From Azolla caroliniana (Eukaryota > Plantae > Polypodiophyta): 64,000 nucleotides of DNA. Below, piece after piece: positions 26,322-44,697 of this stretch. Every line of letters starts with the position of its first letter. Within the stretch, counting starts at the first letter, position 1. Below the pieces are notes generated by a model that made no database searches, was not told where the DNA came from, and was given only the letters and a program-made list of their open reading frames with translations. The stretch is taken from the NCBI GenBank assembly GCA_043228905.1, contig JBHGNT010000004.1, positions 62,001 through 126,000 on the forward strand. Reading direction: 5' to 3'. The position numbers and the translations under genes were made by a program.

Positions 26322-26547
26322 GATGGTAATATTGATGAATGATGAATGATGGTGATGGACGACACAAGGGCATGATGGTGAGTGTTGACGAGTCATCAAT
26401 GCACGACCATAACAATTGACAAAGGATGACATGATGATCGATGGATGATGAATGATGCATGGCAGATGTATGATGAATGATGGCATGATGCATGATGAAT
26501 GTCGAATGAGAGATAAATTGTGATGAATGAGGCATGATGGCATGATC
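26322..26547. repeat. Low-complexity (ATG/TGA)-rich tract in RimP-like intron 1
   Basis: Dense degenerate ATGATG/GATGAAT repeats; these explain the His/Ile/Ser-rich antisense ORFs at 26298-26549. Confidence 0.7.
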
Positions 26548-28095
26548 AAGAAGAATCTTAGATATCTGCGTATAATGTGTTTGGAGATATAGCCTCTTTA
26601 TATATGTATGGGTATACCATAGGTTGAATAAGATGTTGGTGGTGAGGATATTTTTATTCTGGGCATTTTAAGAATATTTGTTTCAGTTTGCAGAATCAAT
26701 CAAGTGTGAAGAAGAAGATGAGGATGATGCTGTTACTGATGATGTATTGGAAGAAGAAGGTGAAGGAATTGGTGATGTTCAGGTATATTTTATTGTTCCT
26801 TCGACCCCTTTCTACAGTATAAAGATAGAAAAACCAGTGACAAAGAATGCTCTTGACATGTAGCATGGAATACCTGTATTTATTGATAGCAAGATCCTAT
26901 AACTTCAATTGAAAAAGAAAAAGCTTCGTTTTGAAGGGAATGTCTACATAATAAAGCTTGGAGGGATGGTGACAGAACTGAGAGGAATATTTATCAGTTA
27001 ATTTACGAAATGTATTTTATTGAAGAGAATCACACTGACAAGAGATTTTAAGTTATACCACCCCAGTTATTGTAATTGAACCTTATTTAATATTGATTTT
27101 TTTAGGTATTTATCTACAGACACATGCATCATACCAGCACATTGTATTAAAGTTTAAAAAAAACAATAGAAACTCAGAAGAGAGTAGTTTTACGTAAGTA
27201 ATCTTCTCATAATATACTATAGTTGGGCTTAAAAAGCTTCTTATTGCTGCCATGAAGTTTAGATCCAGATCTCCCATTACTTTTGTAATGCAAGATGATG
27301 TATTGAAATCTTCATTACCACCTAATTCATATGTTTTGAGAAACAAACAAAATGCTTCGAGATTTGACCCAGTGTTTGAGTATATTAATTCGGGAGGACT
27401 CAGTGAAACTGATTTTTCTTAGAGGTATGTGAAACTGATTTATGTTTCTTGTTTGAAATAGTGCAAAATCTCCAGAGATTTTTGTTATTTGTTAACTTGT
27501 TTTCTGTATATTTGCTCATTCAACCCATTTATGAAATACAAAATATTCACCAGGTTTGGCACATTGTAAATGGTTTGCCAGTTTGGTGATGGACGAATTG
27601 GGTATGGGGTGAACTTAGAACAGAAACTGTGGGGAGAAAGGGTTCTCATAATTGCAACGGAAGTTTTGGAGGAATTCGGAAGCAATTTCTCCGTATATAT
27701 TCAAGGCTTCTGGAAAAGGTTGTCTCTATGTGCGTCTTGACAAGTTTTTGAATAGTTAGTAATACAGCCTAATATCTCATATAATTTGCCAAGTAATATG
27801 AAAGGATTGATAGAATGTCAAAAGTGTACATATTATCAAAACTCCTTCGTTGGACTTGTTTTCACATTGTTTGCAGGCATTATCGCAAGGAATGCATTTT
27901 ACTGATGAATTCCCTAGGTTTATTATTATGTCTGAAGTTTGAACATTAGTTGTCTAGATTGTGTCACCAGAGATGCCATCCACTCGTGGATCGATCAATT
28001 ACCCGTTGACTCCTACAGTATATGTATGCTCATAACATCTGGACTATCCCTTTTTGCTATGATAAAAGGGAGTGAAAGAGGCTTGAAAGGCAACA

Positions 28096-28112
28096 CCAGT
28101 TAGTTGATTGAT

Positions 28113-28191
<79 letters not shown>

Positions 28192-28208
28192 CAGTTAGTT
28201 GATTGATG

Positions 28209-28264
<56 letters not shown>

Positions 28265-28280
28265 ATATATATATATATAT
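28096..28280. repeat. Duplicated compound microsatellite (CT)n(AT)n(GTAT)n
   Basis: CCAGTTAGTTGATTGATG followed by (CT)n(AT)n occurs twice, at about 28096 and 28191. Confidence 0.9.
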
Positions 28281-31138
28281 AATCTAATGCTCTTGGTTCC
28301 TTATAGGTATGGATCCCCGACAATGATAGAGATTAAAAGCTTTTCCCATATAGATATATATGGGAAACATCTGGAAGAGGGAGTGCAAGACGGTACTCTT
28401 CCGAGCAATTTGGCATTGGAGGTAGTGCATGCATTCTTGCCTCGTGTACACAGCAAATGTTACCAAACTCTTTCAATATTTGTATTAATAGACAAGTCAT
28501 CCTTGTGTTAGGTTTCCTCTCCTAGAGCGGAAAGAGTCGTGGAGGTCCCAGAGCAACTTGAAAGGTTCAAAGACCTTCCGATGCTTGTGAGATATGTGGA
28601 AGAAACAAATGACACCTCTGGTTGTGAGGTATTGAAAGACAAGGTTTTAACACTAGAGTCATTTGAAGTTGAATCAGATATATTGGTATGGAAGCTCGCA
28701 AATGTTAGGATGAATAGAGAATAAGCTGGCAAAGGCCGGGGATTGACCCGAAAATAAAAGGAATGGAGGGCTGAACTTCCCTTATCATCTTTGCACTTGG
28801 TGCATCTTTATATGTATGTTTGAACTCAGTAAACTACCAAAGAAATCAAATTAGTTCGTAACGCTTATTTCCAATAAGTGATCTGCGCCCTAAATATGTG
28901 GCTGATTACCATTTGTAGGAAAATTGAATCCTTCACTTGTGGGAAAATATAAGCATGCGTAAGATGCCAGTTATATGATATTTTCTCTATTGTAAAAGAA
29001 ATAATAGAGAGGGAGGGAGACAACATTTGCCAGTTATATTCAGATAGTTAATTGGACCTCATGTAGCAACAATAAAGACAAATCATGTCTCTCTCATGCT
29101 CTTTCTTACATAGAGAAATAACAATGATCATGACTTACATTTCTTTACGGTGTTGCTTCTTTGCATGTTTGTCTATGTTTGTGAGGATTGATAGAGTCTA
29201 TGTATGGATCCAAAAAATTATGAGGGATTTACCAAAGTTAGTTCACTTAGTTTGCCTTATTATTGCTTTCTTGCTAGCACAAGACATTGATTTTGAATAC
29301 GATCATTCATCACTTTAGAAGATTATAAATACATCACAAAGTTCCTAAAATTATAGTAGGATTAAAGTAGAACCCAAGAAAAGCTATTATAGACACATCG
29401 AACAACTCTAATATTTTATCAAGAATTGTTGTCTACCTTTGTATTTCTAGTACGCAATTGTTTAATCTACATTTAAAAAGTCACATCTAATACAATTATG
29501 ACAACATAGATATCATCCAAATCTCGATGGAGCAAGTTGTTGAACCACTTTTGTATCACCTTGGTTTCCAATGGCAACCAATGTTTTTCTTTGATAAACC
29601 ACTTTGCTCCAAACAAGGCCTAGTTTAGATTGTGTATGGATATGGAAATCCATCATGATGTGACGTAAAACATTAGACAAGACAAGTGTTGGCTTATGAT
29701 ATCCACTTGTGCAAGTTAAAGAATTAAAACCTTTTGCTCCAATAATTTATGGTTCAAATTGAGTATCCGGATGAAATCCAACATAGTGTGGTACATTGAA
29801 CAATTTTGTCAATATCGGAAAGAGGGTGTACGACAACACACCAACTCGATCAATTGCGAACGACCCTTTCAATTGATCACATAACTTGAAAGCCTACCGT
29901 TAATGTTAATGCTGATGGCAATTCATCACTGTGATTACTTTTCTTGGTGACGAAATAGAGAATATATTTTTTTTATTTTTCGTGTTACGTTGGAATATCC
30001 TTGTAATGATTCCATTCATTCAATGATTTGTACAACTTGAAACTCTCTTAGGTGGAAGAATTCCTATTTTCCTTTGTTTGAATATCCAGGTAATGATTTC
30101 CATATATCTTCTATGTTGTTATGTGTGTGACAGACAACATGCATGTTTTGGCATGTGCCTTAAAGATGCCTTTTCAAGCATTAAATGACCCCTTGCAAAA
30201 TCATTCCCCACAAAGAAAGATTGTGATTAAAAAGCTTGCAACCCCTCAAATTTTAGAGACATTCCGATATATCGCTTAATTCTTGATAGGAGAAACCTTA
30301 CTTGCCTCAAATCCTAATGTTTACGATACTATTGAAATGAAATAAATAGAAGGGTAAATTCTGGACCACATTATAATGATCGTGCGGTTGGTAAGGATTA
30401 CTTATCTTGGTCTTTTTCTTTCCTCCCCTTTAGTAATCTGTCATTGTCGGAACATGTTTTTACCACTTCCTCATTGAAATTGACTCTTAAACGGGAGCAT
30501 CGTGAATATTCCACTTAATCCAATTGGGTGGTTGTTTGAAACACAAACCAAGCCAATACTTTTCATTCACGTGCCAATTCGATAAATCAATATCTTAGCA
30601 TGGGAATACATCCCACCATCATCAATGATCTTGGAGCCATATTAGGGCCTTGTCACCCCAATTGATCCCAATTGGAATATGTCCCTCAATGTCCAAAATG
30701 TTTGCAACATATAGGAACTCAAATTTATCCATATGAAGGCTTTAGATGTTCATCATGGAGGTGTCTAAAGTTAGATCACATCGGTCTAAGCTAGGTTTTT
30801 GTAGACGATTAAGATAGATAAAATTAGCCATTACATATAAATTGTAACAGAACACGAGTATAATTTCCCAACCCAATTCTACCATACGTTCATGAATCCC
30901 ATGCCTTGATTTCAACTGACACACAAGTTCTCATGTTAGCTCAGAGCCAAATTTGTAGCTCTGTACGTCGATCCACGTCTTGGACACACACACATATCCA
31001 ATATATTGAAGAGCACAAAGGCAAAGTCAGTTGTCAACATATGTATATCCATGGGCGACTTGTAGTCTCCTTATTAAAAGTCTATTGAAACCCATCCCAT
31101 CCACAAAAAAGCACTTCTAACACTTGTTTATGGAATCG

Positions 31139-31393
31139 GAACACTTCAGGGCTTTTATGGGCTTCACAAGAGGGGTGAGCGAAAAGCATCACAAGCATTA
31201 TGTACAAGAACACTATACACACATAACACTCGTGGAGAGCCCAAACAAGATGGCCACATGCGTGCGGAACCAGAACACTTAAGGGCTTTTATGGGCTTCA
31301 TGAGAGGGGTGAGCGGAAAGCATCACGAGCATTATGTACGAGAGAACACGTAACAGTTGCGGAGAGCCCGAACTAGATGGCCTGTGCGTGGAA
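31139..31393. repeat. Tandem duplication, about 134-bp unit x2, in the CDKA upstream region
   Basis: GAACACTT(C/A)AGGGCTTTTATGGGCTTCA..AGAGGGGTGAGCG.AAAGCATCAC.AGCATTATGTAC starts at 31139 and 31273. Confidence 0.85.
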
Positions 31394-31578
31394 GTGTATG
31401 CCCTGGCTTTTCTGGGCTTCACGAGCATATGTTGTTTGTTGTTGGTGGGCGAGAGGATTAAGGGCCTAGACAAGGGATGGGACGACCAATGGGGCGACGC
31501 CACGCGGAAATAGGGAAAATGATTGATTAATGATTTTTTTAATAATAGTAATTATAATAATTAATAATATTATTACTC

Positions 31579-31586
31579 TTTCGCGG
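31579..31586 (+). promoter_or_regulatory. E2F-like site upstream of CDKA
   Basis: TTTCGCGG matches the plant E2F consensus WTTSSCSS, about 250 nt before the CDKA ATG and just ahead of the CT-rich leader. Confidence 0.4.
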
Positions 31587-31829
31587 CATTTTGTGACTTC
31601 CTTTCACTTTCACACCTCTTCTTCGTCTTCTACTTTGTCTGTGTTTGTGTCTGAGCTCCCCAGATTTCCTGGCTATGGAGATGAGCCTTCTCTCCTCTCT
31701 GCAAATCTGAGAGCTCCCCTCACATTCTGCACCTTTGTTCTCCCTCCCTCCCTCCCTCCCTCTCTCTTTACGCTTTTGGTTTTTGCAGAGTTCATTCCAC
31801 TCAGGGATCTCCAGTCGTTACGCTTCTGA

Positions 31830-36566
<4,737 letters not shown>

Positions 36567-39002
36567 TCTTTTGGCATCTGTTTGTCTGTATTATATACTA
36601 TTGTGAAACCCACCATAAGATTGTATCCCCCCGGACTTGGAACAAACTGATGTGGATTTTTTTTTCATGTTTTTATTGTGTGACATGAATTTCGTAGTGA
36701 TCCTACCAGGGATTGAAGGATTGGTTCCTAACAGAGGAAATGGTTGGTCTCCTGAGTGGGACTAGAGATCTCTGCTGGCCATCAATCGCTATGAAGACAG
36801 ACAGAGACACCTAGAGATCAGCATCACAAAGAATGTAGTGATGAACTCTGCCATATACTTCTTTTCATTGTTTTTTTGTTATTTGCTTTACTTCTAATGA
36901 CATCATACTTTGATTAAGAGGACTCATTACTCCTTTGGAAATCTTCAGCATCAACAATCTATATAATGATGAGCCTTCCATGTACTTCATTAGATTATTA
37001 TTATAATTTCTTTTGCCTGCTAATTATTTCAATTCTTTCTGCATATATTATAGATGGGGTTTTTTATTTCAGATCAGAACAGGTTGATTCTTATGTAGCA
37101 AATTTGCATTGTCTAGTGTTTGTTCCATTCGTATATGTGATTGATATGTTCTCCTAAGCTTATCATGGAATGTTCTATGAATGTTTTATTTAGCTGGTCA
37201 ATTTAGCGTGTTTTCCAACAAACACAACTTAGATTAGGAGCCCTGCTATTACACCCTATAGCTACAGGGGTTCTCAAACAATGAACAAAATTTTGTTACA
37301 AATAATCAAGTTAGTGACAATTGGACAACTACTTTTGACATCAACTAATATCTTTATTAACAGTCATTTTTGTTAGCTCTGAATCATGCATGCTTTAATC
37401 GAAGTGAATATGCTAAAGTGATTGTGTACACAAGAAATTCTGTTTATTGTGGAACATAGAGATGGAGATTAATTTCACCTCACTTGAGAGTTGGAGAGAT
37501 TTTTTTGGTGAGTAATTAAAAGTATCCATTGATTGCAGAACATAGACATTGAGATTTCTTGATTTGAAGTCAATGTGCATGAAAGTGATGGTGTTTGTGA
37601 TTCGTTAGACAATAATATAAGAGCAAATTTCAATGAGTAATTAAAATTGTCCTCATTGCACAACATAGATATTGCGATTAAATTCACCTCACAATAATTT
37701 AAGAGGAATCTTCAGTGTGATATTTAAAGTGTCCATTGACTGCATAGACCTTAAGATTAAATTACCTGCCTATCAATTGGAGCTAAGAAGAAAAGTAACA
37801 ACTTCAGCACTTTTACCAACTATTGTTATTGCACTAGACAATATAACTATGCTTAATAAAAGAGCAAAACTAATGGGAGACTACACAACTTTTTACCTAA
37901 AAAGAAATGTAAAGCGAAATCTTGCATGCAACTTGCTTTGGAGGAAAAGGGAGATATATGTTTGGCCTACACATGATAATTTCAACAACATATATGCGAA
38001 ATGACTACATATATCCACCATCTCCTCACTTCAATAAAGGAGAAACTCCAAAGATTACATCCAATTAAATACTATGTTGAATGTGGATACTTCCAAGAAT
38101 AAAAAATTTATGTAAATTCCAAATGGCTATGGCAAATGGTGCTCAAATGAATTGTTTCTTGAAATGATCGAGATTAATGCATGTCTGTTTATCATTATAA
38201 ATCTGATAAAACCCAAGAATCACTGATGGTCGAGGTCTATATAAACTCATTGTGGTGTTTGTCTTGGTAGTATGTACTTGAATGAAACAAGAGATGGTAT
38301 GTATGCAAGAGCATGAAGATGACTTTTATGGTGGAAGTGCACATTTTGGAGGTTATAAAATTAGCTATCCATAACATGATATTTTTGAAGGGTGCTAATG
38401 ATTCTACGAAAAGAATTGTCACATATGTGTGCCCATAATGATCCAAATGGGCCTTGGATGGTGGTGCATTGTAGTCTTGAAGTAGAAATTTATAAGTTTG
38501 TGGTCATGTATGCATACACAACTTAATTCTATGTAGTGATCAAACATGTCTTAATTTTGGGCATATGCTTGGTTGCATGATGCATTTTCATATAGAGGAT
38601 CCAAAAACACCCTTCTATTGATGGTAATAGTTTTGGTGACTCGCATGGGCTTGCAAGAGAGAAAATATTGATAGAAGGTTGTCATGATTACTTACTTGAC
38701 TTGAACTTATAGATTGATGTAAAACGTTACACGCGTGGATATACTTTTTCCCATTGTCATATCTACAACCCTTGATCAAATATGAAGTCTTTATCTATTT
38801 TTTTATTAATGGCTTGTTGAAACTAATTTGGCACCAAATGTGTTACGAACATGCTTGGAATCAAAGTGGATTTTTAAAAGTTGTTCTCGTATTTTCCCAA
38901 CTAGTAATGGATAATCATAAAACCTTCCCCTAACATGTTTGACATCTCATGCAATGTCTAATATCATACTTGCCAATCAAAGCCTTCAAAATTCTCAAAG
39001 TC

Positions 39003-40457
39003 TTTATAGATGTTTTTTTTTTTGTTTCCAAAATGAAGCTACTTTCCCATTAGTTAGGTAGGATTATTACAAAGAGACTGTACAAGGAGGCTTAAGCATA
39101 GATCGGGGAATCTCCCTCCGATCAAGTTCAAGAAATTGAGACTAGTTACATCACCTTTCGAACATACTACTTAGTGTAAGTACCTACAGCTAAAACAGTG
39201 CCCTATAGTGATGGCTAGTACGAGACAACTCTTGGGGTCGACAACAAAGGGAGGGTGGTAAGTGAGCTAGAAACAACCAGCGTGGGGGCTGGTAGTTCCA
39301 CCTCGGGCCACTTCCTCCTTGTGTCATCATAGGCGTGTTCTGCCATTTCTACCAAAACCGCAAGAGGGCAGTACCCACGTCAGAGGAACGGCTGCAAACC
39401 TCGTCCAATTGCCCTCGTAGGCAGCTAATAAGCGCAAACCATATGTCCATGATCACTTCCTCCGGGGGCTGCACCAGATCCTGGAAGACCTTTAGGCAAC
39501 GTGCTTTCCATACATACCACAGGGTGAAGCTTGTGATCAGCATCCAAATGTCCGGGAACCTAGGGGATGCAGACTGCAATCCTCTCTCAAATCGAATCTT
39601 GGCGATTTTTCCCCTCATGCATACATAACACCAACTATCCGCATTGAAGGCGTCCGTCCACCTATCAACAGAGTGATAAAGCCATGCTACAACACTCCAC
39701 GATGTTGTTCCTTCCACTTCACATGCCGCAAGGAGGCGAGTCACTCTATCCCGTACCTTTTGAGCGTGAGGGCAATCCCACAAACAATGCCTCAGAGTCT
39801 CAATAGGTGAATGACAAAGTGGGCAGCCTAATGGGCCGCCATGTTTACCTAGCCATTCGCCAACAGGAACCACATTATGACCGATTTGCCACCAAAAAAA
39901 CTTTATCTTTTCCGGCAAGTGGAGACGCCTGAGACCCTTCCAAAAGGTAATGAGCACCTCGTCAGGAATGCCAAATGTACGCCAACCATTGCATAAGGGG
40001 CCGTCTAGCTGCAGTTGAAAAGCCCGACCCAGTTTAGTGTTGTACTCGAAGAAATGGCGAAATCTACCATCATGGTTCCACCTGAAATCCCCTGGGTCCC
40101 ATTCTAGTTCGACGAGGGGATGACAACCATATACCCATAACTTCCAATGGGGTTCCACCTTAGCAACATCCGAGTCTGTCTTCCAAATGTTACCAACCTG
40201 TGCCACCACGCGGATAGGGTGCCAAGAGCCCCTACTTTGACTCTCCCCAAAAATCCTATCTTTTCCCGATCCGCTCACGCCCTTCAGTGCCTTAACCCTT
40301 CCAACCTCATCAAAGAGACCAAACCAAGCATCTTCTCTCACCTCCCCCATCAGAACCCTATCAACTGCCTCAACTAGCAATCTCCGCATTTTCATGGCTC
40401 CCTTGAGGGGAGGGAATGGGACCTCCTAGGCTCCTCCAATCATTTATAGATGTTTTT
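39003..40457 (-). mobile_element. 5'-truncated LINE (non-LTR retrotransposon): ORF2 C-terminal zf-RVT region, poly(A) tail and 15-bp TSD
   Basis: GC-rich island. ORF 40395-39349 has KIKFFWWQIGHN..PVG and CPLC..ETLRHCLWDC (zf-RVT). After a premature TAG the frame continues to WNYQPPRWLF. Poly-T on the plus strand at 39013-39023. TTTATAGATGTTTTT is repeated at 39003-39017 and 40443-40457. Confidence 0.92.
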
Positions 40458-41191
40458 ATATATTGGTTCTACGTTGTGCTACAAGGACACATGAGAAGAA
40501 GCCTCTTGAAATGGACGTCATCGAAGGATTTCATTCACTCTCACGGTTCACCACATTAAATTATTGCAATTCCCTTCTTAGAATTTTTCCATGTGGACAA
40601 TGAAGAATACATCTCCTCACTTGTCTTGTTTACGACTATCAACGTTTTTTGAGTGAGAGTAAATTAAATAGATATAAGTGAGCAATTACATTCCAATCAT
40701 GGTCATTTGCATTGAGTAAGCCCATTCCTGAAGTTGGTCATGAACAAACATGATAACATAAACAATAATGTAATTCATGGTCATGTCCAAAGGAAATAGT
40801 AAGTTACATATGTGATGAATGCATGTTCACAGGATTGTCATTGAGATTCTCGCAAATACAAGGAACTAGGCTATAAAAGAAAACTAAGAAGAAACTCCAA
40901 AACACTAGTGAGTGTTTCTCAAATGCCCTCAAGACTTTGTCATTTATGCTTGTAGATGGTGTCGATCAACGGCTAGAAGAAAGAGGAAAGGAAAGAATCG
41001 AGAACATAGGATTGGTCAAGGAGTGGAATAGCATATAAATTGCTCAAGTGAGGAGGGCTTTTGAGGAAGAGCAAGAGCATGGGCATCAATGATAAGGGGG
41101 ATCATGAGACCCCAGGGGCATTTAAGGAAATGAAGAAAACGGAGAACCCCATGAGGGGTAGCTTCGAATTTGCTCAAAACACAAACCTCTC

Positions 41192-41203
41192 TTTCCCGCC
41201 AAA
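41192..41203 (+). promoter_or_regulatory. Canonical overlapping E2F sites upstream of PSF2
   Basis: TTTCCCGCCAAA gives TTTCCCGC on the plus strand and TTTGGCGG on the minus strand, about 50 nt before the ATG. Confidence 0.7.
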
Positions 41204-41249
41204 AAACAGCGCGAGCGAGCGAGAGAACACAGAACAATCTCAGACGTAG

Positions 41250-44200
41250 ATGGCTGGGCAGACGAATCCTCAGCTGTCTCTGTTCTCTGCACCAGAGGTA
41301 TTTTCTTCTCTGCAGGATGTCCTGCTCTCTTCATTTTGAAAGTCTATCTCGTGGCTGTAAAGCTTTGGTTCGAATATATACATGTATTGCAGGTGGAATT
41401 CATGGCAGAAGATGAGCTTATCTACATCATCCCCAACGTCAGGATGGATACTCTGCATATGATCTGTGTAAGTGTTCTCTGTATATCATTTAAGTTTATT
41501 GTTTGTTTCTGTATTGTGAAAGACTGTTTTGCCATTGTAGCGTGCTATTTTCTCTGTATCGTTTTACGCATCAATTATTGATCAAAAAAATGTATGTTAA
41601 CTCAATTGTGGTCTTTAAGAACTGCTCTATAGAAATCTGATTTTTATTGTGATTGTTACGAATTGATTGGTTTAATTGTGTTTGTTAAGAATAATTTGAT
41701 TTTTAAAATCTGCATGGTTATTTGATAATAGTGATGGAATTGAGTTCTGCAGATTTGGGACACATTCAATCATCAGTCATCATGCCTTTGTTTATCAAGA
41801 TAACTCGTGTTTGAACTGCATTGGTGAATTCACTGTAATCTAAGCTAGCATATTCTATTCTCAGGGGGACTTTGGTCCATTCCGACCCCAGATCCCTGTA
41901 CAAGTGCCTGTGTGGTTGGCCATTGCTTTCAAGAAGCGCAGCAAATGCAGGATTCAAACACCAGATTGGATGAGTGTCGGTAAGAATTTTTGCTGAAATC
42001 TATCATCCATGTCATAAAATTGCTATAGTTAATTATTTGTTCTTTTTTTTTGAGCTTTGTAAGTTATTCTGCTGGACATTGGAGTAGAATATAGCAAGAG
42101 AAAGGTTATACTAATATCTCTTGGGATGATAGAATGAAAAAATCCTGTTACTTCGGGATTATGTCACATACATTAACGTTTCATAACACCCGAGGTAGAT
42201 ACTGCTAATTATTGTGTAAAAAATAGATGCACAGACAAGTAGTAAACACAAAAAAACAACGGAGAAGGTGGAGTATATTATTAGCAAGCATTGTTGTCTA
42301 CCAATGGGTTTCGTTGATAGCTGTCACCATCAATGGTGGTCCTATCACCAAAACCCAGGGGTAGACAATAACCATTGAAGTGCAATCAGGACAATGGAAT
42401 AGTCCAAAGAGAGTTCTAGCTCATGTGCTCTGAAGGTTATGAATGGACATACAAATCGGTGGCTTCAAGTTATGAACCAATCTTTGAATACTCTCTAAGA
42501 TTCACTCATGAGGATGTCACGGTGACCTATAAACCACCCAATAATGAATTTCTTGTATGGTTTAACTAATGCAATAGTGGCTCTAGTGATTATACATTGG
42601 CAATAGCCAATCTATAATTTCATGCTATGTCAGAGAATCATCCATTGATCTTTGTGCTCAGGCACCTGTTTGTGAAGTCTGCATGGAATTTATCCCAATG
42701 TATGCCCCTTGATTTTTGTGGTGATCTCTGTATAGAGTTGATGTGACTATATGTGATATTGGCTGATCACATCTAATTCTGAAAGACAAATGTGTGCACA
42801 TCAGATACAGTAAGACTTTATCTGGCCGTAAAGAATATGATTAAATGAAAATTTGAAAGACACTTCATTCCTTGAAGGTTTTTTTTCTCCTTTGTTATAG
42901 GGGATTATGTCATGTCTAAACGTTGACCACCTCGATCCACAATTAGGCCTCGGTTATAATACTGGAATGGCAAACTTGAGGTGTTACATGTATCCCTTCA
43001 GATGCACTAACTTGACTAAGGCACTAGTAAGCCTAATGTGGTTAGTGAAGATGTGTCTGTTTTGTCATAGCCATTTATTCAGATAAAATCACCTCATAAC
43101 TTCCCTTAGCACCATAACTAAAGTTCTTTATGTTTGTGCACTCACCACACCAGTCCATCATTATTGGGTTAAGACTTGGATCAGTTTGAAGAGGAGCTCA
43201 CTGGCATTAAAGTAGATTGTCTTCCCCAGGCCTGTTAAATCTAGTTCAAATAGCTCACGGGCAAGTTCATGCAGCCAAAGCAAAGTACATGAAAACACGG
43301 AAGAAATGGATCACGTATCACTGACGAGATCACATTGAATATCAATGAAGAAGGCATCATTTTTAAAGGTGATCAAGTAGGTGACCTCCTGATGGAGCTG
43401 AAGGTTAGAATGAGAAAGAAGTTATCTCTGAAAAAGAAAAAGATGAATGCTTCAAAAGTGACAAGGGACTTTGTACGGCTCTTCTTCTCATGTTCGAAGA
43501 AATCTATGATCTATCTAAACTCAAGCATCATTGTCTTCTTCAAGTTTATCAACAATCAAGTTATTATTACACTAGATGTACTTGCAATCATTTGCTTCTT
43601 ACAAGACACACCATATAATGCATCATATAAAACTCTGTTAATCAAGACTACAAGGAAATCTTTTATCCTTATTTTGTGACTCAAGATGTTTTTTGCCTAT
43701 TGTTTTTTTCCAGGAAATCTTATAGTGGATGTGGGGGACAGCCCCCTGTATTTTTGTTCTTTCTTATTTCTCACTTCTGTTTTGTGAAGAAGATTGCGTC
43801 ACATTTTATACATGTTTAATTTTTGCAGAAAAACTCACCCAAATTTTAGAAGATGAACGAGAGGCACCAAGAGAATTCCAACCTCTTCCTTTCCATTATG
43901 TGGAAATTTCTAGACTACTATTTGATCAGTGAGTACCATCCATAGGCCAAAAAACATTGCAATATCTGCATTTTTATGAAACTACAAATCCTAAGCTAGT
44001 GAATTCCTTCAAATCTAACAGTGCTCGTGAAGATATCTCAGATCCATATCTTGTAAGCTTATCTCATAATTCACATTTTGGCAAGATACATGTTTGACAT
44101 TAATCAAATAGTAGTAAATCATATTATGTCAAGCCTGAATTCTATTACAATGTTGTAGGTGAGATCTTTGCTAGAAGATATCCGGGATGTGAGGTTTCAT

Positions 44201-44697
44201 AAAGTAGAGAGTGGACTAGAAACTCTCTCAGGAAAAACACATGCTGTAAAGGTATACAATGCTTATTGGTTAACTAATTATTGTGATTACAGCGTGAAAA
44301 GCTTCTTGATTAGATATGAATAACTTTGATCACAACTCAAAAAACTTTTGATTAGATATGAACTACTTTGGTTACAGCTAAAAAATCTTGCAGCAATGGA
44401 GGTTAACATTGTGCGGCCTTTCATTGTGAGGGCATTGCAATGTTTCTATAAACATGATAGTGATGATTTAATCAAGCAAACTGCAAATGAAGCAGACTCT
44501 CAAGCTGTTGCATCTGATCGTCTACCTCGAGTAAGTAAATAATTATGCTTCTTGGAAAATGCCGACTATTGCTACCATTATTGAATGTCGAATCTCATGT
44601 CAATAAATAAACATTATTATTTTTCGAAAATTTGAGGTCTTAAATCCCATTTCAATCAATATGTTCTTCATTGCAGAGGATTCTTCGGCCTCGATGA
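41250..44697 (+). CDS. PSF2: DNA replication complex GINS subunit PSF2, 211 aa, 8 exons
   Basis: Exons 41250-41297, 41393-41467, 41865-41979, 43829-43928, 44022-44052, 44159-44251, 44378-44530, 44677-44697, total 636 nt. Sequence [84 protein letters not shown]. Confidence 0.96.

Larger units (their letters stand above)
25947..28823 (+). pseudogene. rimP: Ribosome maturation factor RimP/DUF150-family (plant organellar type) pseudogene, about 5 exons
   Basis: Approximate exons 25947-26264, 26694-26782, 27582-27754, 28307-28421, 28512-28823. They encode GDG..G..WGERVL, YVRLDK, YGSPTM, LALEVSSP(R)AERVV..P..LERFKDLPMLVRY, WKLANVR..GKGR..KEWR. Lesions: frameshift at about 27699, phase mismatch at the exon 3 donor, in-frame TAA at 28722-28724 and 28755-28757, no clean in-frame ATG. 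Confidence 0.8.

Noticed and set aside
28722-28757. Rescue of the two TAA codons in the RimP-like gene by fern-type U-to-C RNA editing
   Set aside because: U-to-C editing is established for organellar transcripts. This locus has spliceosomal introns and also frameshifts that editing cannot repair, so a pseudogene is the simpler explanation.
29400-31100. Possible Helitron/PIF1 or other TE relic (minus-strand DELPSALTLTVGFQVM near 29900)
   Set aside because: One short motif resemblance with no supporting frame or termini.
37900-38950. Old LINE RT relic into which the young LINE may have inserted
   Set aside because: Only faint motif echoes (ITIN, ILFVE); too weak to call.
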